In this document: positions 30,572 to 41,196 of the stretch, piece after piece
Numbering within the stretch: the stretch's first letter is position 1
Layout of the letters: each line of letters opens with the position of its first letter
IMG/VR virus record: IMGVR_UViG_3300044630_005137
Coordinates: 42,227-106,226 of that record
DNA length: 64,000 bases
Strand: one strand, 5' to 3'
Source of the DNA: a virus
The notes under the pieces: model-generated
What the model was told of the DNA's origin: nothing
The model's database searches: none
The model's input: only the letters and a program-made list of their open reading frames with translations
Translations under genes and position numbers: made by a program

Positions 30572-31621
30572 TTAAGAAGCAACCTTAACGTCTTTTACGA
30601 CTACCCATGCATCTGCCTGCTCAATTTGGGTACCCACGCGAGTATACATTGTATATTCGATTGAGTCCTTCTTTGGCCAGAAGAAGCGGTAAACAGTTAC
30701 ATCACGCTTGATACCAATAACAACGTTATTTGGGAATGTCAAGTGGACGTCTCCGTGCTCTCCTGTTGGTGTTGCATATGATCCTACCTGAGTTTCCTTA
30801 AGTAGTGGAACTTCAACAATTGGAATACCAAATGCAAATGGTGCAACATATCCTGCTGGACCACCTAGACCACCCTGGTCTCCACGGATGATGCTTGAAG
30901 CAATATCCTGTGGGTTAACGTTCTGGATGTTCTGTGAAGTTGAATACAAGTAATCTTGTATAAGGTTTGAGCCTGCAAGGAAGCGTAGGTCTGGACGACG
31001 TTGCTTGTACTTACGTGGCATTGCCTTTAGAGCCTTGTTGAAGATGTCACGAGACACTGCTGCGCCCGCTCCAGCTACTACACGACCATTTGTCTTTGCA
31101 ATCTTGACAATACCATCAAATGCCTTGTAAAGGTTATCTGAAGATAGTGCTGTGTTACCGTTAAGGACTACGTCCTCTAGGTCGTTACCAGCCTGTGTTG
31201 CCATAAGTCTTGCAATGTGATCTTCTAGGTCAGCGCCTTCAATATTGTCTTCTAGAGACTCAGTTGAAAGTTCCCAATCTAGGCGAAGCTTCTTTGTTGT
31301 GAGAGAAATCTTTGAGAACTGTACGGCTGAATTTGTGCCAGTGTTCTCTGCTTCGGATGCAAGCTTCATAAGCTTCTCTCCGACGCCGATACGATCAATC
31401 TCTGTAGTGTCAGCTCTCATTCGAACTGTACGTGCTACTTTACCGATTACTGTTGCATCGAACATGTAATCTAGGAATCTTGCGGATTGCTCAGGATTGA
31501 GCAAGCCTCCCTTACCCTCGGAACCTACGTGAATTCCGTCTGTAGGGGATGCAGCGCCAGTCATTCCACCTGTTAGTGTTGTGCCTGCTTCTGCTGCTTT
31601 TGCTAATAGTTCATTACTCAT
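30572..31621 (-). CDS. Major capsid protein (HK97 fold)
   Basis: 349 aa, GGLL.PEQ..RF, E.LEDNIEG..LE..I and D.E...LNG motifs. Follows the protease/scaffold gene. Confidence 0.92.
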   Translation of the reverse strand: MSNELLAKAAEAGTTLTGGMTGAASPTDGIHVGSEGKGGLLNPEQSARFLDYMFDATVIGKVARTVRMRADTTEIDRIGVGEKLMKLASEAENTGTNSAVQFSKISLTTKKLRLDWELSTESLEDNIEGADLEDHIARLMATQAGNDLEDVVLNGNTALSSDNLYKAFDGIVKIAKTNGRVVAGAGAAVSRDIFNKALKAMPRKYKQRRPDLRFLAGSNLIQDYLYSTSQNIQNVNPQDIASSIIRGDQGGLGGPAGYVAPFAFGIPIVEVPLLKETQVGSYATPTGEHGDVHLTFPNNVVIGIKRDVTVYRFFWPKKDSIEYTMYTRVGTQIEQADAWVVVKDVKVAS

Positions 31622-31638
31622 TAGTTTTCACCATACCC

Positions 31639-32955
31639 TTATTTTGTTAATTCGCTAACGGAACCGAGGAAAGTGCCGTTCCATTTTGATTTTTTGATTG
31701 TTACTCCTGTTGACCCGCCAAGGTCAGAGGACTTCTTGATTGCAGTGTCTGATTCTACTGCGTCTACTCTTTTTTCAACTGTGTCCATTATAGACTTAAT
31801 TGAATCAACTGCTGTTGAGAGTTCTGTGTGCTTTTCTGCTAATTCTGAAATTCTCAAATCGACATTCTTGCTAAAAGCTTCGACTGTCTCCTTGATTGTT
31901 GAAACCTGAGCAGCGTTTGCCTCAGAGGCCTTTTCCAAAGTCTCTGAGAAGAAACCCTTAAGGTCGCCTAGCATTTTAACAAAGTCAGGTGACTCCTGAG
32001 CTGTTAGTTCTGCTGATTTTTCCAGAACTTCGGCAGAAGTTACTTCAGCTACAATTTCAGCAGAATCTTGTTCTACTGGGGCAACTTCTTCAATAATTTC
32101 TGCAGGTGCTTCTGGAGCTACTGCTTCTTCTACTACTGGAGTTGCTTCTGTTACATTAAGCTTTTCCACTTCATTTCCTCCTTCTGCAATTGCCGTATTT
32201 ATATTTTGTGTTTCAGGCAATGTTTGCAATCTTGATCTACGTGAATCAAGAATCTTCTCTATTTCTTTTCCTTTGTTTACGTCGTTTGATTCTACCCACC
32301 CAATAAGCTCTGTCTTTTTGCCAGTAACTGGAGATAGGTATTCTGATTCTGTTGACATAAAAACAGAATCGCTGTCTGCACAATAAAAAATATTTTCCAT
32401 TTTAACATCTGCTGCGATGCCTTTAAAAATCATTTGTCCGTTTACTTTTTCAATAGAAAAAATGTTACATAGTTCGTTTGCTGGTGAATCAACGATTGAT
32501 AGTTCAACTAGTGCATAATCTTTAATAAATCTTACTGATGCTCCTGTTGATTTGTTTACTTCGTTATCTGATTCAAGAATCTTTCCGCCAATTGAGAATC
32601 CAGTGAGAGTTCCGTCTAAAACTTTCTCCCATGTATCCTGAGCGCCTTTTGAAATGTATGCATCAACGTAAACTCCGTTGTAAAATTCTTTTGTTATTGG
32701 GTCGTAAAAAGTTTCTGGTCTGAATGAAGCAACCTTGCCAACTGCAAGTGGCTGATGCATTTCTCTTAGGTTTCCTCTGAAACTTTCAAATGCTTTCATA
32801 CTTGCTTCTTGTGTAACGACGTCACCAGTCTGATCCAGGTTGTCTAATGTTGCAAAACCCGAGACTGTTCTTTTTTCTCTATTGACCTTTGTAAATGGAA
32901 CTGATAAATTAATAGCATTTCCATTAGAAGACCAATGTGACTTTTCTATGATCAT
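31639..32955 (-). CDS. Prohead maturation protease fused to an acidic/coiled-coil scaffold
   Basis: LREMHQP..VGK, GFSIGG and ELSIVDSPAN motifs. Glu/Ala-rich C-terminus. Confidence 0.9.
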   Translation of the reverse strand: MIIEKSHWSSNGNAINLSVPFTKVNREKRTVSGFATLDNLDQTGDVVTQEASMKAFESFRGNLREMHQPLAVGKVASFRPETFYDPITKEFYNGVYVDAYISKGAQDTWEKVLDGTLTGFSIGGKILESDNEVNKSTGASVRFIKDYALVELSIVDSPANELCNIFSIEKVNGQMIFKGIAADVKMENIFYCADSDSVFMSTESEYLSPVTGKKTELIGWVESNDVNKGKEIEKILDSRRSRLQTLPETQNINTAIAEGGNEVEKLNVTEATPVVEEAVAPEAPAEIIEEVAPVEQDSAEIVAEVTSAEVLEKSAELTAQESPDFVKMLGDLKGFFSETLEKASEANAAQVSTIKETVEAFSKNVDLRISELAEKHTELSTAVDSIKSIMDTVEKRVDAVESDTAIKKSSDLGGSTGVTIKKSKWNGTFLGSVSELTK

Positions 32956-33011
32956 ATGTTATATATTATAGAGATTGTTGTATCAAAAGGCAAATAACCA
33001 GTTGAGTAGGA

Positions 33012-34592
33012 CTAGTTGACTTGTCTTCCATCTCCCTTTGCATTTCTGCCCTCCCCAGATTTATCTGGTGAATTAGCAGATCTTTCTTGATCACGGGTTC
33101 TGCTTTGGGTTGCTTGGGCTTTAATTTCTGCGGCTTGGGCTGCAAGATCGACTGGTACGTCCCCGCCTTCTCTTGGGACCATGCCCATTCTAACTCTAAT
33201 TTCATTTGGAGTTATTACCTGGAATCTAAGATATCTTTCATCTATTTTAGACTGTGTGTCCGCATCAGTTAAACTTAATTCATTAAATTTAAGTTCTAGG
33301 GCATCAGTCATTTCCTGGATTATTTTATTTAATTTCTTTTCTAGGTTTTCCTGTGCTGGTCTGCAAACCTGCTCTTTAAATGTCTTATCTGCGTCTCTAG
33401 CAGCAGCTAAATTAATTCCTGCTGGTGTGCCAATTTTATTAATTGGGACTCTGTGAGCCATCAATATTTCATCTCGATTTGAATTTCTGTACTTTTCAAA
33501 AGAGCCTTCTTGTGCCCCTGCTTCAATTGGCTCCATTTTAAATTCAGTTTTTGAATCTGATGAGTCTGGTGGGAGTGGAATATACAGGGATCTATGATTT
33601 TTTCCTTTAAGCCCAACCTGAAAAAATTCAAGCAATTTACGCTCTGACTCTGGGGAAAGCTTTGCCCCCTTTACTGTAATAATATATCTTGGTACCGCTT
33701 TATTTTCAAAGTAGTCCAGATTATACTTACCAGCAAATTCATTGCCTGCCATAGCATTTTGTGCAGCAATAATATCTGGGATTCCATAATAATTATTTTT
33801 TGGAGTGTACTTCTTTAAATGAATAATTTCATTAGGTCTATCCTCTTGGCCAGCAATTGGGTTTACGGTTTCTGTGTCTCCGAAGTTTCTAAAGAATACT
33901 GCCTTACCATATAGAAGCTGTATAAAACCGTCTCTGAGGCGCCTCACACGCATTGTCTTTGAAGGTATATGACCGATGTACCCTATCTTGCCAGTCGTTG
34001 TTCTACCGACCTCCAGATAGCCATTACCAGTAGCCTCTATGTCAGTGTAGAATTTTATAAGTGTTTCTTTAAATGTTTCATCTTCGTTGCAATCTTCTAG
34101 CCAACGATGTAGGTCTTGCTTAATTCTATTTAGCTTTTTACGTGCTCTTTCTAATTGCTTTTCATCTTCGATATCTTCAAGAGTGTCTGTAGTTTTTTTT
34201 GATTCAATAAAGTCAAATCCTAAACCTACAATATTAGCAACCTTTGCATTTATTGCTGCGTAGTTGTAAGGTGAAATTTCATAAATTGTTGAAAGATAGT
34301 CTAAGTTGTATTCTGGTTGAATTAAGTCAAATGTTGCGTACCCGCTAACTGCCTGTTGATGTTGAAGTTGCTGGCTTACAGAACCATCTTTTCCAGTAAA
34401 AGCTTTTTGCAAGTCTCTCGATACTTTTCTTCTAAATGAAGCTCCAAGGCCTGAAAGCTTTAATACTTCTTCTGCATCTATATCAAACAGGTCGTCAGAC
34501 TTTTGAGTCGTAGGGTTATTAAATCTTACCCAGTCTGCTGCATTTGAAATGTCAATATTTTCGCTAAAAATTTCGTCTTTAGATTCAATCAT
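33012..34592 (-). CDS. Portal protein
   Basis: GNGYLEV, EIIHLK...YYGIP, ILMAHRVP and TPNEIR motifs (HK97/PBSX-type portal). Confidence 0.92.
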   Translation of the reverse strand: MIESKDEIFSENIDISNAADWVRFNNPTTQKSDDLFDIDAEEVLKLSGLGASFRRKVSRDLQKAFTGKDGSVSQQLQHQQAVSGYATFDLIQPEYNLDYLSTIYEISPYNYAAINAKVANIVGLGFDFIESKKTTDTLEDIEDEKQLERARKKLNRIKQDLHRWLEDCNEDETFKETLIKFYTDIEATGNGYLEVGRTTTGKIGYIGHIPSKTMRVRRLRDGFIQLLYGKAVFFRNFGDTETVNPIAGQEDRPNEIIHLKKYTPKNNYYGIPDIIAAQNAMAGNEFAGKYNLDYFENKAVPRYIITVKGAKLSPESERKLLEFFQVGLKGKNHRSLYIPLPPDSSDSKTEFKMEPIEAGAQEGSFEKYRNSNRDEILMAHRVPINKIGTPAGINLAAARDADKTFKEQVCRPAQENLEKKLNKIIQEMTDALELKFNELSLTDADTQSKIDERYLRFQVITPNEIRVRMGMVPREGGDVPVDLAAQAAEIKAQATQSRTRDQERSANSPDKSGEGRNAKGDGRQVN

Positions 34593-34933
34593 TTTTGAGG
34601 ACCCCTAAGTTTAGCCATCTCTTCCTTGTGAACTCCTATGTCCAACGGATCTGGGGTAAGACCCCATCTTAATCTTTGCTTCTGGTATTCAAACTCTTCT
34701 TCATCAATTTGTCGGCTTCCTTCAATAAATTTAGGCTGGCCTTCTTCAATTCCATAATGAGCAACCGCTTTTGCTAACAAATCAATTCTTTCTTTATTGC
34801 CCAGCATTGATTGTATAGACAAGAAGTTGTTGTCTTCGTCGCCAATCCATCTGCCGTCAGGCATCTCCCAGACATAGACTCCTAATCTAGTCTCGCCAGA
34901 TTTCATTTGAGCGTTAATTCTTTTTATGTCCAT
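34589..34933 (-). CDS. Hypothetical protein upstream of the portal
   Basis: 114-aa ORF overlapping the portal start, with its own TGGTAAAAT. Confidence 0.7.
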   Translation of the reverse strand: MDIKRINAQMKSGETRLGVYVWEMPDGRWIGDEDNNFLSIQSMLGNKERIDLLAKAVAHYGIEEGQPKFIEGSRQIDEEEFEYQKQRLRWGLTPDPLDIGVHKEEMAKLRGPQK

Positions 34934-34996
34934 AGTTAATTATTTTACCATTCTTATATCCATAAGTCCAGCTTTTTGTCACTCAACCTGACAAAA

Positions 34997-36760
34997 TTAT
35001 ATAATCTGGAACACAACCCTGTCTCTAGAGTAGGTTGAGACTGAGTCTTCTGTCATGCTCATTGACGAACCCCTCCCAACAGATAAAGTTTTGCCTGTGT
35101 AAAGGTCATAATGCTCCTGGTGGCTAACTAATGGGTCTGAGTATAGGGCAATATTCTGATAAAGGTTATCATCAAGCACACCAGATCTCACTCCTAATAG
35201 TTGCTTTCCGTTAAACCAAATTTGTCCACTTATTACAGAATCTGTTTTTATAAGTATATAATTGGGCTCATCTATATATAAGTATGAGGATATGTTTGTT
35301 GCTGAAGATGCATCTTGCCCATTTATATAGATATTACTAATGTTGGATTTTGATATCACCCCGCCTGCCGCCCAGGAGAGTGAGGTCTCTGTAGATCCAG
35401 GTTTGTTGAATATCAAATGTCCGCTAGACAATGATTTTGGAGTAAATATCATTTCAATATTTCTAACATCATTTGATGAGTTTATAAAAAATGCTGAAGA
35501 CTTTGGTCTTATTCCATTATCATAATTTCTAGTTCTAACTGGATATTTATTATTTGATATGTCAAAATCCCAGATAGTTCCAGTAGTGGGCTGTGATGTA
35601 GACAAGATGCCGCTACCGTTGTGAGAAAACATTTTCTTTTCAGAATGAAAATAAATTTTTAAATAATATAGCTCTGGAATGTATCTGTCTGAATTAGTTG
35701 ATGAAAAAACTACTTTAAAATACAATATTTTTTGTGAAGAAAAGCTAGAGCCCTGTGTAAATCCTGGTATAGATGATCCATTTACACATATAGTCCATGG
35801 GCCAGTCTCGGATGTTTCTGATACATATACCGAAACCCCTTTTGATGCCATCCATTCTATTTTTGAAGATACATATTCATTTGTAATATTTAATACTAAA
35901 TCTTCTACAAATTCTCCAGTAGTAAATCCTGAATTTAAATACAAACTATTGTTAATTGAGTTGTAAGCCAATGCCTCATTGTCGTATATAAGATCTTTCC
36001 ATAATATTTGAACGGGATAAACATATCTGGTCTTTATATCTTGATATCTTTCTGCGCCCCTAAATAGCTCTCCCAGATCTGGTCCTGGGATTTGCTCATC
36101 ATTAATTAAAAATAAATTATTGTAGTGAGATAATATTGAATTTGCAGAAAGAGCATATCTATAAACCGCTGGGCAATCAATTAAAAAATATTGATCTCCT
36201 GTGGCTGGGCCACATGACAAGGTTATGCTTGTGTTTGTAAAAGATATTGATATCGTCTTATTTGCAACTAGCAATCCGTCTACATACAAACTCATTGAGT
36301 CTACTGAATATACACCAACAACATGAATTACTCTATTTGAATTAGGAACAGAGTAATCAACTCTTTCATTTTCTAATTTAAACACTACATTGCCATTATC
36401 CCAATACAAACCAATGCCGTCAGAATCTGCAAATATTGGAGTTACTGATGTTAATGTTTTTGGATGAAACCATGCCTCGAGGGTAAAATCTTTATCAGAG
36501 GTTGAAACGGTTGCAAATCCTCCAGTACCAGTGGTGCCAGAAAAATCTTTTGAAATAGCAAACTGTATTGATTTAGAGCTATCTATTTTATTTGTGTGTG
36601 TGCCACCATCAACTATTGGCATTCCAGATATTCCAATTCCACCTACATACGATCCGTTATTTCCACATCCAGAACTATCATAGGCTACAGACCCAGATGT
36701 CTCATCTAGCTTCCATAAGCCAGTAGGAGAATCTTTTATTACATCAAGGTAGTAGGACAT
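34997..36760 (-). CDS. LamG/concanavalin-A-like domain virion protein
   Basis: W.LDETSG..A.DSSG.GNNG, FTLEAW and HVVGVY....SLYVDG motifs. Confidence 0.8.
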   Translation of the reverse strand: MSYYLDVIKDSPTGLWKLDETSGSVAYDSSGCGNNGSYVGGIGISGMPIVDGGTHTNKIDSSKSIQFAISKDFSGTTGTGGFATVSTSDKDFTLEAWFHPKTLTSVTPIFADSDGIGLYWDNGNVVFKLENERVDYSVPNSNRVIHVVGVYSVDSMSLYVDGLLVANKTISISFTNTSITLSCGPATGDQYFLIDCPAVYRYALSANSILSHYNNLFLINDEQIPGPDLGELFRGAERYQDIKTRYVYPVQILWKDLIYDNEALAYNSINNSLYLNSGFTTGEFVEDLVLNITNEYVSSKIEWMASKGVSVYVSETSETGPWTICVNGSSIPGFTQGSSFSSQKILYFKVVFSSTNSDRYIPELYYLKIYFHSEKKMFSHNGSGILSTSQPTTGTIWDFDISNNKYPVRTRNYDNGIRPKSSAFFINSSNDVRNIEMIFTPKSLSSGHLIFNKPGSTETSLSWAAGGVISKSNISNIYINGQDASSATNISSYLYIDEPNYILIKTDSVISGQIWFNGKQLLGVRSGVLDDNLYQNIALYSDPLVSHQEHYDLYTGKTLSVGRGSSMSMTEDSVSTYSRDRVVFQII

Positions 36761-36786
36761 ATTTTAATTATATCAGAGGGTATTAG

Positions 36787-37332
36787 TTAAACCCAATGAC
36801 CTATTGCAATGTATCTAGAATTACCATAAGCTGGATCTGCAGATACCTGCATTTCTGATGGGGCTATAATTATGCTGCCCGCTTCAGGCTTAAACTTAGG
36901 CTTTCCAGGTATTAAAATCTCTCCATTTGAAAAAGAATCATTAATGTACATTCTGGCCGTATACTTTCCATTTGCCCCGCAGTTGTTCTTTACTTGGCCC
37001 TCATCATGCTTTCTTACAAAGTACTTCGTGCTTAAGTTAACCTGCTCTTCTATGTTATTAAACAGCCTATATTGACTAAAGCAATGATGAAATGTGGCTT
37101 TTAGATTATTAATTATAAAAAGACTACGAGTATCTACGGTTTCTGTTTCATTTGAGAAATCAGAAGATATTCTTTTTTCATAACCATATTCTGTATCGTG
37201 CCACTTACTAATTAAGTTGGTTGTATTGTTTTCGCTTTCTTCAAGGAAGCTTATATAATTCCCAATCTCTTGAAGACAATATGTAAAATAAAATGTCTTT
37301 GGTGCAATTTCTTGAAAAACGTACATTGCCAT
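36787..37332 (-). CDS. Degenerate 2OG-Fe(II) oxygenase-like protein (iron ligands apparently lost)
   Basis: Keeps YINDSFSNGEI..P...KPEAGSII but lacks the HxD and distal His at the aligned positions. Confidence 0.65.
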   Translation of the reverse strand: MAMYVFQEIAPKTFYFTYCLQEIGNYISFLEESENNTTNLISKWHDTEYGYEKRISSDFSNETETVDTRSLFIINNLKATFHHCFSQYRLFNNIEEQVNLSTKYFVRKHDEGQVKNNCGANGKYTARMYINDSFSNGEILIPGKPKFKPEAGSIIIAPSEMQVSADPAYGNSRYIAIGHWV

Positions 37333-37344
37333 AATTAACTCTTT

Positions 37345-38061
37345 CTAGTTTGGAATAAAAACGCCATCTACGAATTTACCAGTGTTAAGCCAAAACGAAG
37401 GAACCATATATTTAGATCCGCCTTTTATAAGGTGTGCTGTATGACTATATGGATCTGTTGAAGGAAAGATTATTACGCTTCCAGCCTTCGGCTTAACGTG
37501 AAACATAATTCTATCATGATTAAGTGGGCTATCAAAATCTTCTGCAGCGGCATCATCTGTAGAAGTCAATACTCCATCTTTTACATTAAAAGATATTTCT
37601 CCGCCTTCGTAATCATCATTTAAATACATTACCATAGAATACCTAAGTCTTCTATCCCCCTCTTGCTGATCAAAGTGGGATCCCATAAAAGTTCCAGGCA
37701 TGTATTTTTTAATTGCTGTATCTGTCATTAAAATTATCTCAGCATCATCACCGATTTTTGAAGCATAATCTTCACAGACATTTTTCATACCATCAAATAT
37801 CTCATTGAAAATATAGTTGCAATCATCTATAACATCTTCGGATATATTTTTTTCTATATCTTCAGAAGACAAACACTTTATTCTTTTGTGTGATCCATAA
37901 ATGTACATTTGTCCACTACATGCACCCCACTCTTCCCAGGGGGTGATGAAGCTTGAGTATTTATCAGATTCTGTTGATTCGATTAAATCAACAAGCTTTT
38001 TAGGCTCCTTTATAACATCAGTGTAGTAATACACCTTATCAAATAATTCTTCGCTTTTCAT
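37345..38061 (-). CDS. 2OG-Fe(II) oxygenase, prolyl-4-hydroxylase-like
   Basis: HFD...YLNDDYEGGE...KPKAGSVIIFPS...HTAH....GSKY. Confidence 0.9.
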   Translation of the reverse strand: MKSEELFDKVYYYTDVIKEPKKLVDLIESTESDKYSSFITPWEEWGACSGQMYIYGSHKRIKCLSSEDIEKNISEDVIDDCNYIFNEIFDGMKNVCEDYASKIGDDAEIILMTDTAIKKYMPGTFMGSHFDQQEGDRRLRYSMVMYLNDDYEGGEISFNVKDGVLTSTDDAAAEDFDSPLNHDRIMFHVKPKAGSVIIFPSTDPYSHTAHLIKGGSKYMVPSFWLNTGKFVDGVFIPN

Positions 38062-38106
38062 ACTTCCTCCTACTTATAACTTTTGTAATAATTGTACCAG
38101 ATATTG

Positions 38107-38916
38107 TTACTTAAATAAATCTTCTTTATCTGGGTAAACAAACTCTGGCTCCCAATTGGGATCTTGCTTAAACAAAACATCTTCTCCAGTTGGATCTATC
38201 CAAAACATCGGAAGCATGTATTTCCATCCTGATTTTACTTCATGCGCTGTATGACTAAATGGTGAGGGTGATGGGAATATAACTATGCTACCAGCTTCTG
38301 GTTTAATATAGAAGTCGTACAATCCCTCATTAGCAGGATGCATAAGGTCACCCTGCAAAGAAAGTTCTGTGGCAGTCAAAACTCCTTCTTTTATAGAAAA
38401 AGAAAGCTCTCCGCCTTCATAGTCATCATTTGGCCAAACTACTAAAGAATAAAGAAGCCTTGTGTCACCTTCTTGAGAGTCGTGATGAACTCCCATATAG
38501 TTGCCAGCCCTATATCTATGAACACCAAACTGTTCTAATAGGGTAAGTTCTTTATCTATGCCTTGTTCTTTTTTATAATCTTCACATACATATCTTATGG
38601 CATTAAATAATGGGTCTCTTATTTTAATAAACATTTCTTTTGTTTCTTCAGAAACGTCTTTATCTATGTTATATACATTATTTAATAAACATAATTTTTT
38701 ATATCCATAAACATATGGGTGCCCCATAGATCTGTTTTCGTCTACATCCCACTGATTCCACGGTGTTAATACAGGGTATATATCAGGATTATTTTCAGAA
38801 TCATTTACAAGATCTAGCCATTCTTTTACATTAGGAATAGCATTTCTATAATAATAAACTTGCGGGTGAAGCTCTTCTCTAATCATTCCGTTTTCTAATA
38901 CAGTCGTTTTTATCAT
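38107..38916 (-). CDS. 2OG-Fe(II) oxygenase, prolyl-4-hydroxylase-like
   Basis: HHD...NDDYEGGEL...HTAHEVKSGWKY. Close paralogue of 37345..38061. Confidence 0.9.
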   Translation of the reverse strand: MIKTTVLENGMIREELHPQVYYYRNAIPNVKEWLDLVNDSENNPDIYPVLTPWNQWDVDENRSMGHPYVYGYKKLCLLNNVYNIDKDVSEETKEMFIKIRDPLFNAIRYVCEDYKKEQGIDKELTLLEQFGVHRYRAGNYMGVHHDSQEGDTRLLYSLVVWPNDDYEGGELSFSIKEGVLTATELSLQGDLMHPANEGLYDFYIKPEAGSIVIFPSPSPFSHTAHEVKSGWKYMLPMFWIDPTGEDVLFKQDPNWEPEFVYPDKEDLFK

Positions 38917-39665
38917 TCTATCTCCAATGCTACTTCTTTTTTAGCAGTTTGATCTGGTCCAGGCTTTAGTCTTTCACCTCTTGCTTTAAGTTCTGCCCAA
39001 AGCTCTGCGTCCTCTGCCTGTCTTTTTCTTTGATCTGCTATATCGGTTTCCCACATAGCCTGCTTTTCTTCGCTATAAACAGCCTCTTCATTATCCCAAA
39101 ATGATCCTATAGTTATTCTTGTTCCTTTAGTAATCATTTGTACTTCATGTATATTGTGATGACCTCCAGCAAATGCTGCTAGCATTCCAGTTTTTGGCTG
39201 CAAAGAAATATCATGATCTCTAAAGTTTAAAACGCCACCTTCAAAATCATCATTTAAATAAAGAAATGCTGCCCACTTGCTTCTTTCAAAAGAATTATAC
39301 TCTGGTGAGTCTATTGGTGTATTGTCTGAATGATAACCAGCGTATGCTCCCTCTACCCATTTTTGTGCATGATAGCTAACTAGTCTAACTTTATCACCTC
39401 TACATATCTCTGTAGCTTCCTGTATTTTATCTTGAAGTGTAATAAAAAAATCAGGCGATAAACCAAACTTTTCTTTATCTTCATCGTCTGGCAAGTTAGA
39501 TGCAAATGAGTCATAAAATGATATTGGTGCCCACGGAAGAGTTCCTTTTTCTACAGAATGTTCCCAGTATTTAATAACTTTTTCGCAATCTTCTGGACTA
39601 AGAAAGTTTTCAAAAAACACTATGTCTTCTTTAATTCTATTTTGATTTTCTAAATTAAATGTCAT
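38913..39665 (-). CDS. 2OG-Fe(II) oxygenase
   Basis: HSD...YLNDDFEGG...HEV....GTR. Confidence 0.9.
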   Translation of the reverse strand: MTFNLENQNRIKEDIVFFENFLSPEDCEKVIKYWEHSVEKGTLPWAPISFYDSFASNLPDDEDKEKFGLSPDFFITLQDKIQEATEICRGDKVRLVSYHAQKWVEGAYAGYHSDNTPIDSPEYNSFERSKWAAFLYLNDDFEGGVLNFRDHDISLQPKTGMLAAFAGGHHNIHEVQMITKGTRITIGSFWDNEEAVYSEEKQAMWETDIADQRKRQAEDAELWAELKARGERLKPGPDQTAKKEVALEIE

Positions 39666-40509
39666 TTAAATTAATCCTTTCTAGCTTTTTAAGTTCATCA
39701 TAGTTTATTGTTTGATAAGCTCCAGACTTTCTTTCTTCTTTAGTTCTGGCAATTTCCATTTCTTTCCATATCTCTTTACCATAAAGCTTTTCGTTTTCTA
39801 GCCATTCTTTCGAGCCAGGATAAAATCTTACCCAATGATTTCTTACAAAATATTTAGGTGTGCCCTTTACCTTTTCAACTCCATGCATATAGAATTGACC
39901 AGCATCAGAAAGGAAATCTGGGTCTCCTGCTGGGAACAAAAGTACATCACCCTTTTCTGGCTTGTAATAGAATGTTTTGTTGTCTACCAAGAATGTCAGG
40001 CCACCGCCTTCGTAATCTCCATTTAAATACATTGTACATGTAAATGTAAACTTGTATCCTCTAAAGTCATGATAATCTCTCTGATAGTCTGTGTGTACAT
40101 GCATAGCGAGATCGGACTCTTCTATACCGCCTTCAACTTCATACTTGCATATAGAAGGACCCATTCTTTTCCATAGTTGAGTTAGAGATCCTTCTTCTTC
40201 ATTAAAAACTTCAGCATCACGATCAATTGGTACACCAAATGTTTCTGCATACTGATTTGTTGTTTTATCAAATACTTCAATTAGCTCTTCCCAGCAAAGT
40301 CTTTCTAGTGATGTTCTTTCAGAAGATTCAACAGAGTTGTCAAACTGATCCGCCTCTTTGCCAAAAGTATACCAACCATGCCAATTTAAAGCAGATCCTT
40401 CTGGGTTCTTTTCAGAATCCATAATTGTTTTTGTTAACAAATCAATATCTTTCCAGGGATTTTTGAATACCCATATTTTTGGGTATATCTCTCTATATTT
40501 AAGTGTCAT
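39655..40509 (-). CDS. 2OG-Fe(II) oxygenase
   Basis: HTD...YLNGDYEGG...HGV....PKY. Confidence 0.9.
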   Translation of the reverse strand: MTLKYREIYPKIWVFKNPWKDIDLLTKTIMDSEKNPEGSALNWHGWYTFGKEADQFDNSVESSERTSLERLCWEELIEVFDKTTNQYAETFGVPIDRDAEVFNEEEGSLTQLWKRMGPSICKYEVEGGIEESDLAMHVHTDYQRDYHDFRGYKFTFTCTMYLNGDYEGGGLTFLVDNKTFYYKPEKGDVLLFPAGDPDFLSDAGQFYMHGVEKVKGTPKYFVRNHWVRFYPGSKEWLENEKLYGKEIWKEMEIARTKEERKSGAYQTINYDELKKLERINLNDI

Positions 40510-41195
40510 GGCTTTATATCACCAGTATGCTCAAGTATCTGCCAAAAGAATGGTGACGTATATCTTCCTCCAGAAATAATTGGTCTAACTCCGTGAATAT
40601 AACCTTTATCACCTGGGAAAAAGTATGCTGATCCGCCAACGGGTTTAAATTCTATTCCTTGAACAGGGAAAAACAATTCTCCTCCTTCGTAATCATCGTT
40701 AAAATAAAATAATGAAGCGATATCGTAATGAGGAAAATCATTAGGTGTACCTGCGTCTGGGCCTTCATGCAGCTCTTTGTCTGCATGAGGATCTTGTCTT
40801 GATCCTACAGGCCATCTAACAATTGCTGGTCCTGTAGCCTGAACCTTTACATTAAAAAACTTTTCTACCTCTACTTGCAGTCTTGATATAAGATTATCAA
40901 CAACATATACAATATCTGGATCTGCGGAAATTTCCATAGATTTACGTGTGCAAACTCTATCGAACCATGCGTTTGCATCATAGATTACTGTACCATTTTC
41001 ATTTACGTGAGAATCAGTAATATCCCATGTTTTATTGGTTTTTGCAAAGTTGGTGAGTCTTGTTCTTTCTTGGTCTGTTAAAAAGTTTTTTAGCTCTACA
41101 ATATTTTCTGGACCTGTGCCAAAAAAGCCAGATGGTGTTATGGACCCTAGAGATCTGTAGTCATGAGTGTTATTAGTATTTAATCTTTGTTCCAT
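40506..41195 (-). CDS. 2OG-Fe(II) oxygenase (probable start MEQRL)
   Basis: HAD...YFNDDYEGGEL...HGVRPIISGGRY. Confidence 0.9.
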   Translation of the reverse strand: MEQRLNTNNTHDYRSLGSITPSGFFGTGPENIVELKNFLTDQERTRLTNFAKTNKTWDITDSHVNENGTVIYDANAWFDRVCTRKSMEISADPDIVYVVDNLISRLQVEVEKFFNVKVQATGPAIVRWPVGSRQDPHADKELHEGPDAGTPNDFPHYDIASLFYFNDDYEGGELFFPVQGIEFKPVGGSAYFFPGDKGYIHGVRPIISGGRYTSPFFWQILEHTGDIKP

Positions 41196-41196
41196 A

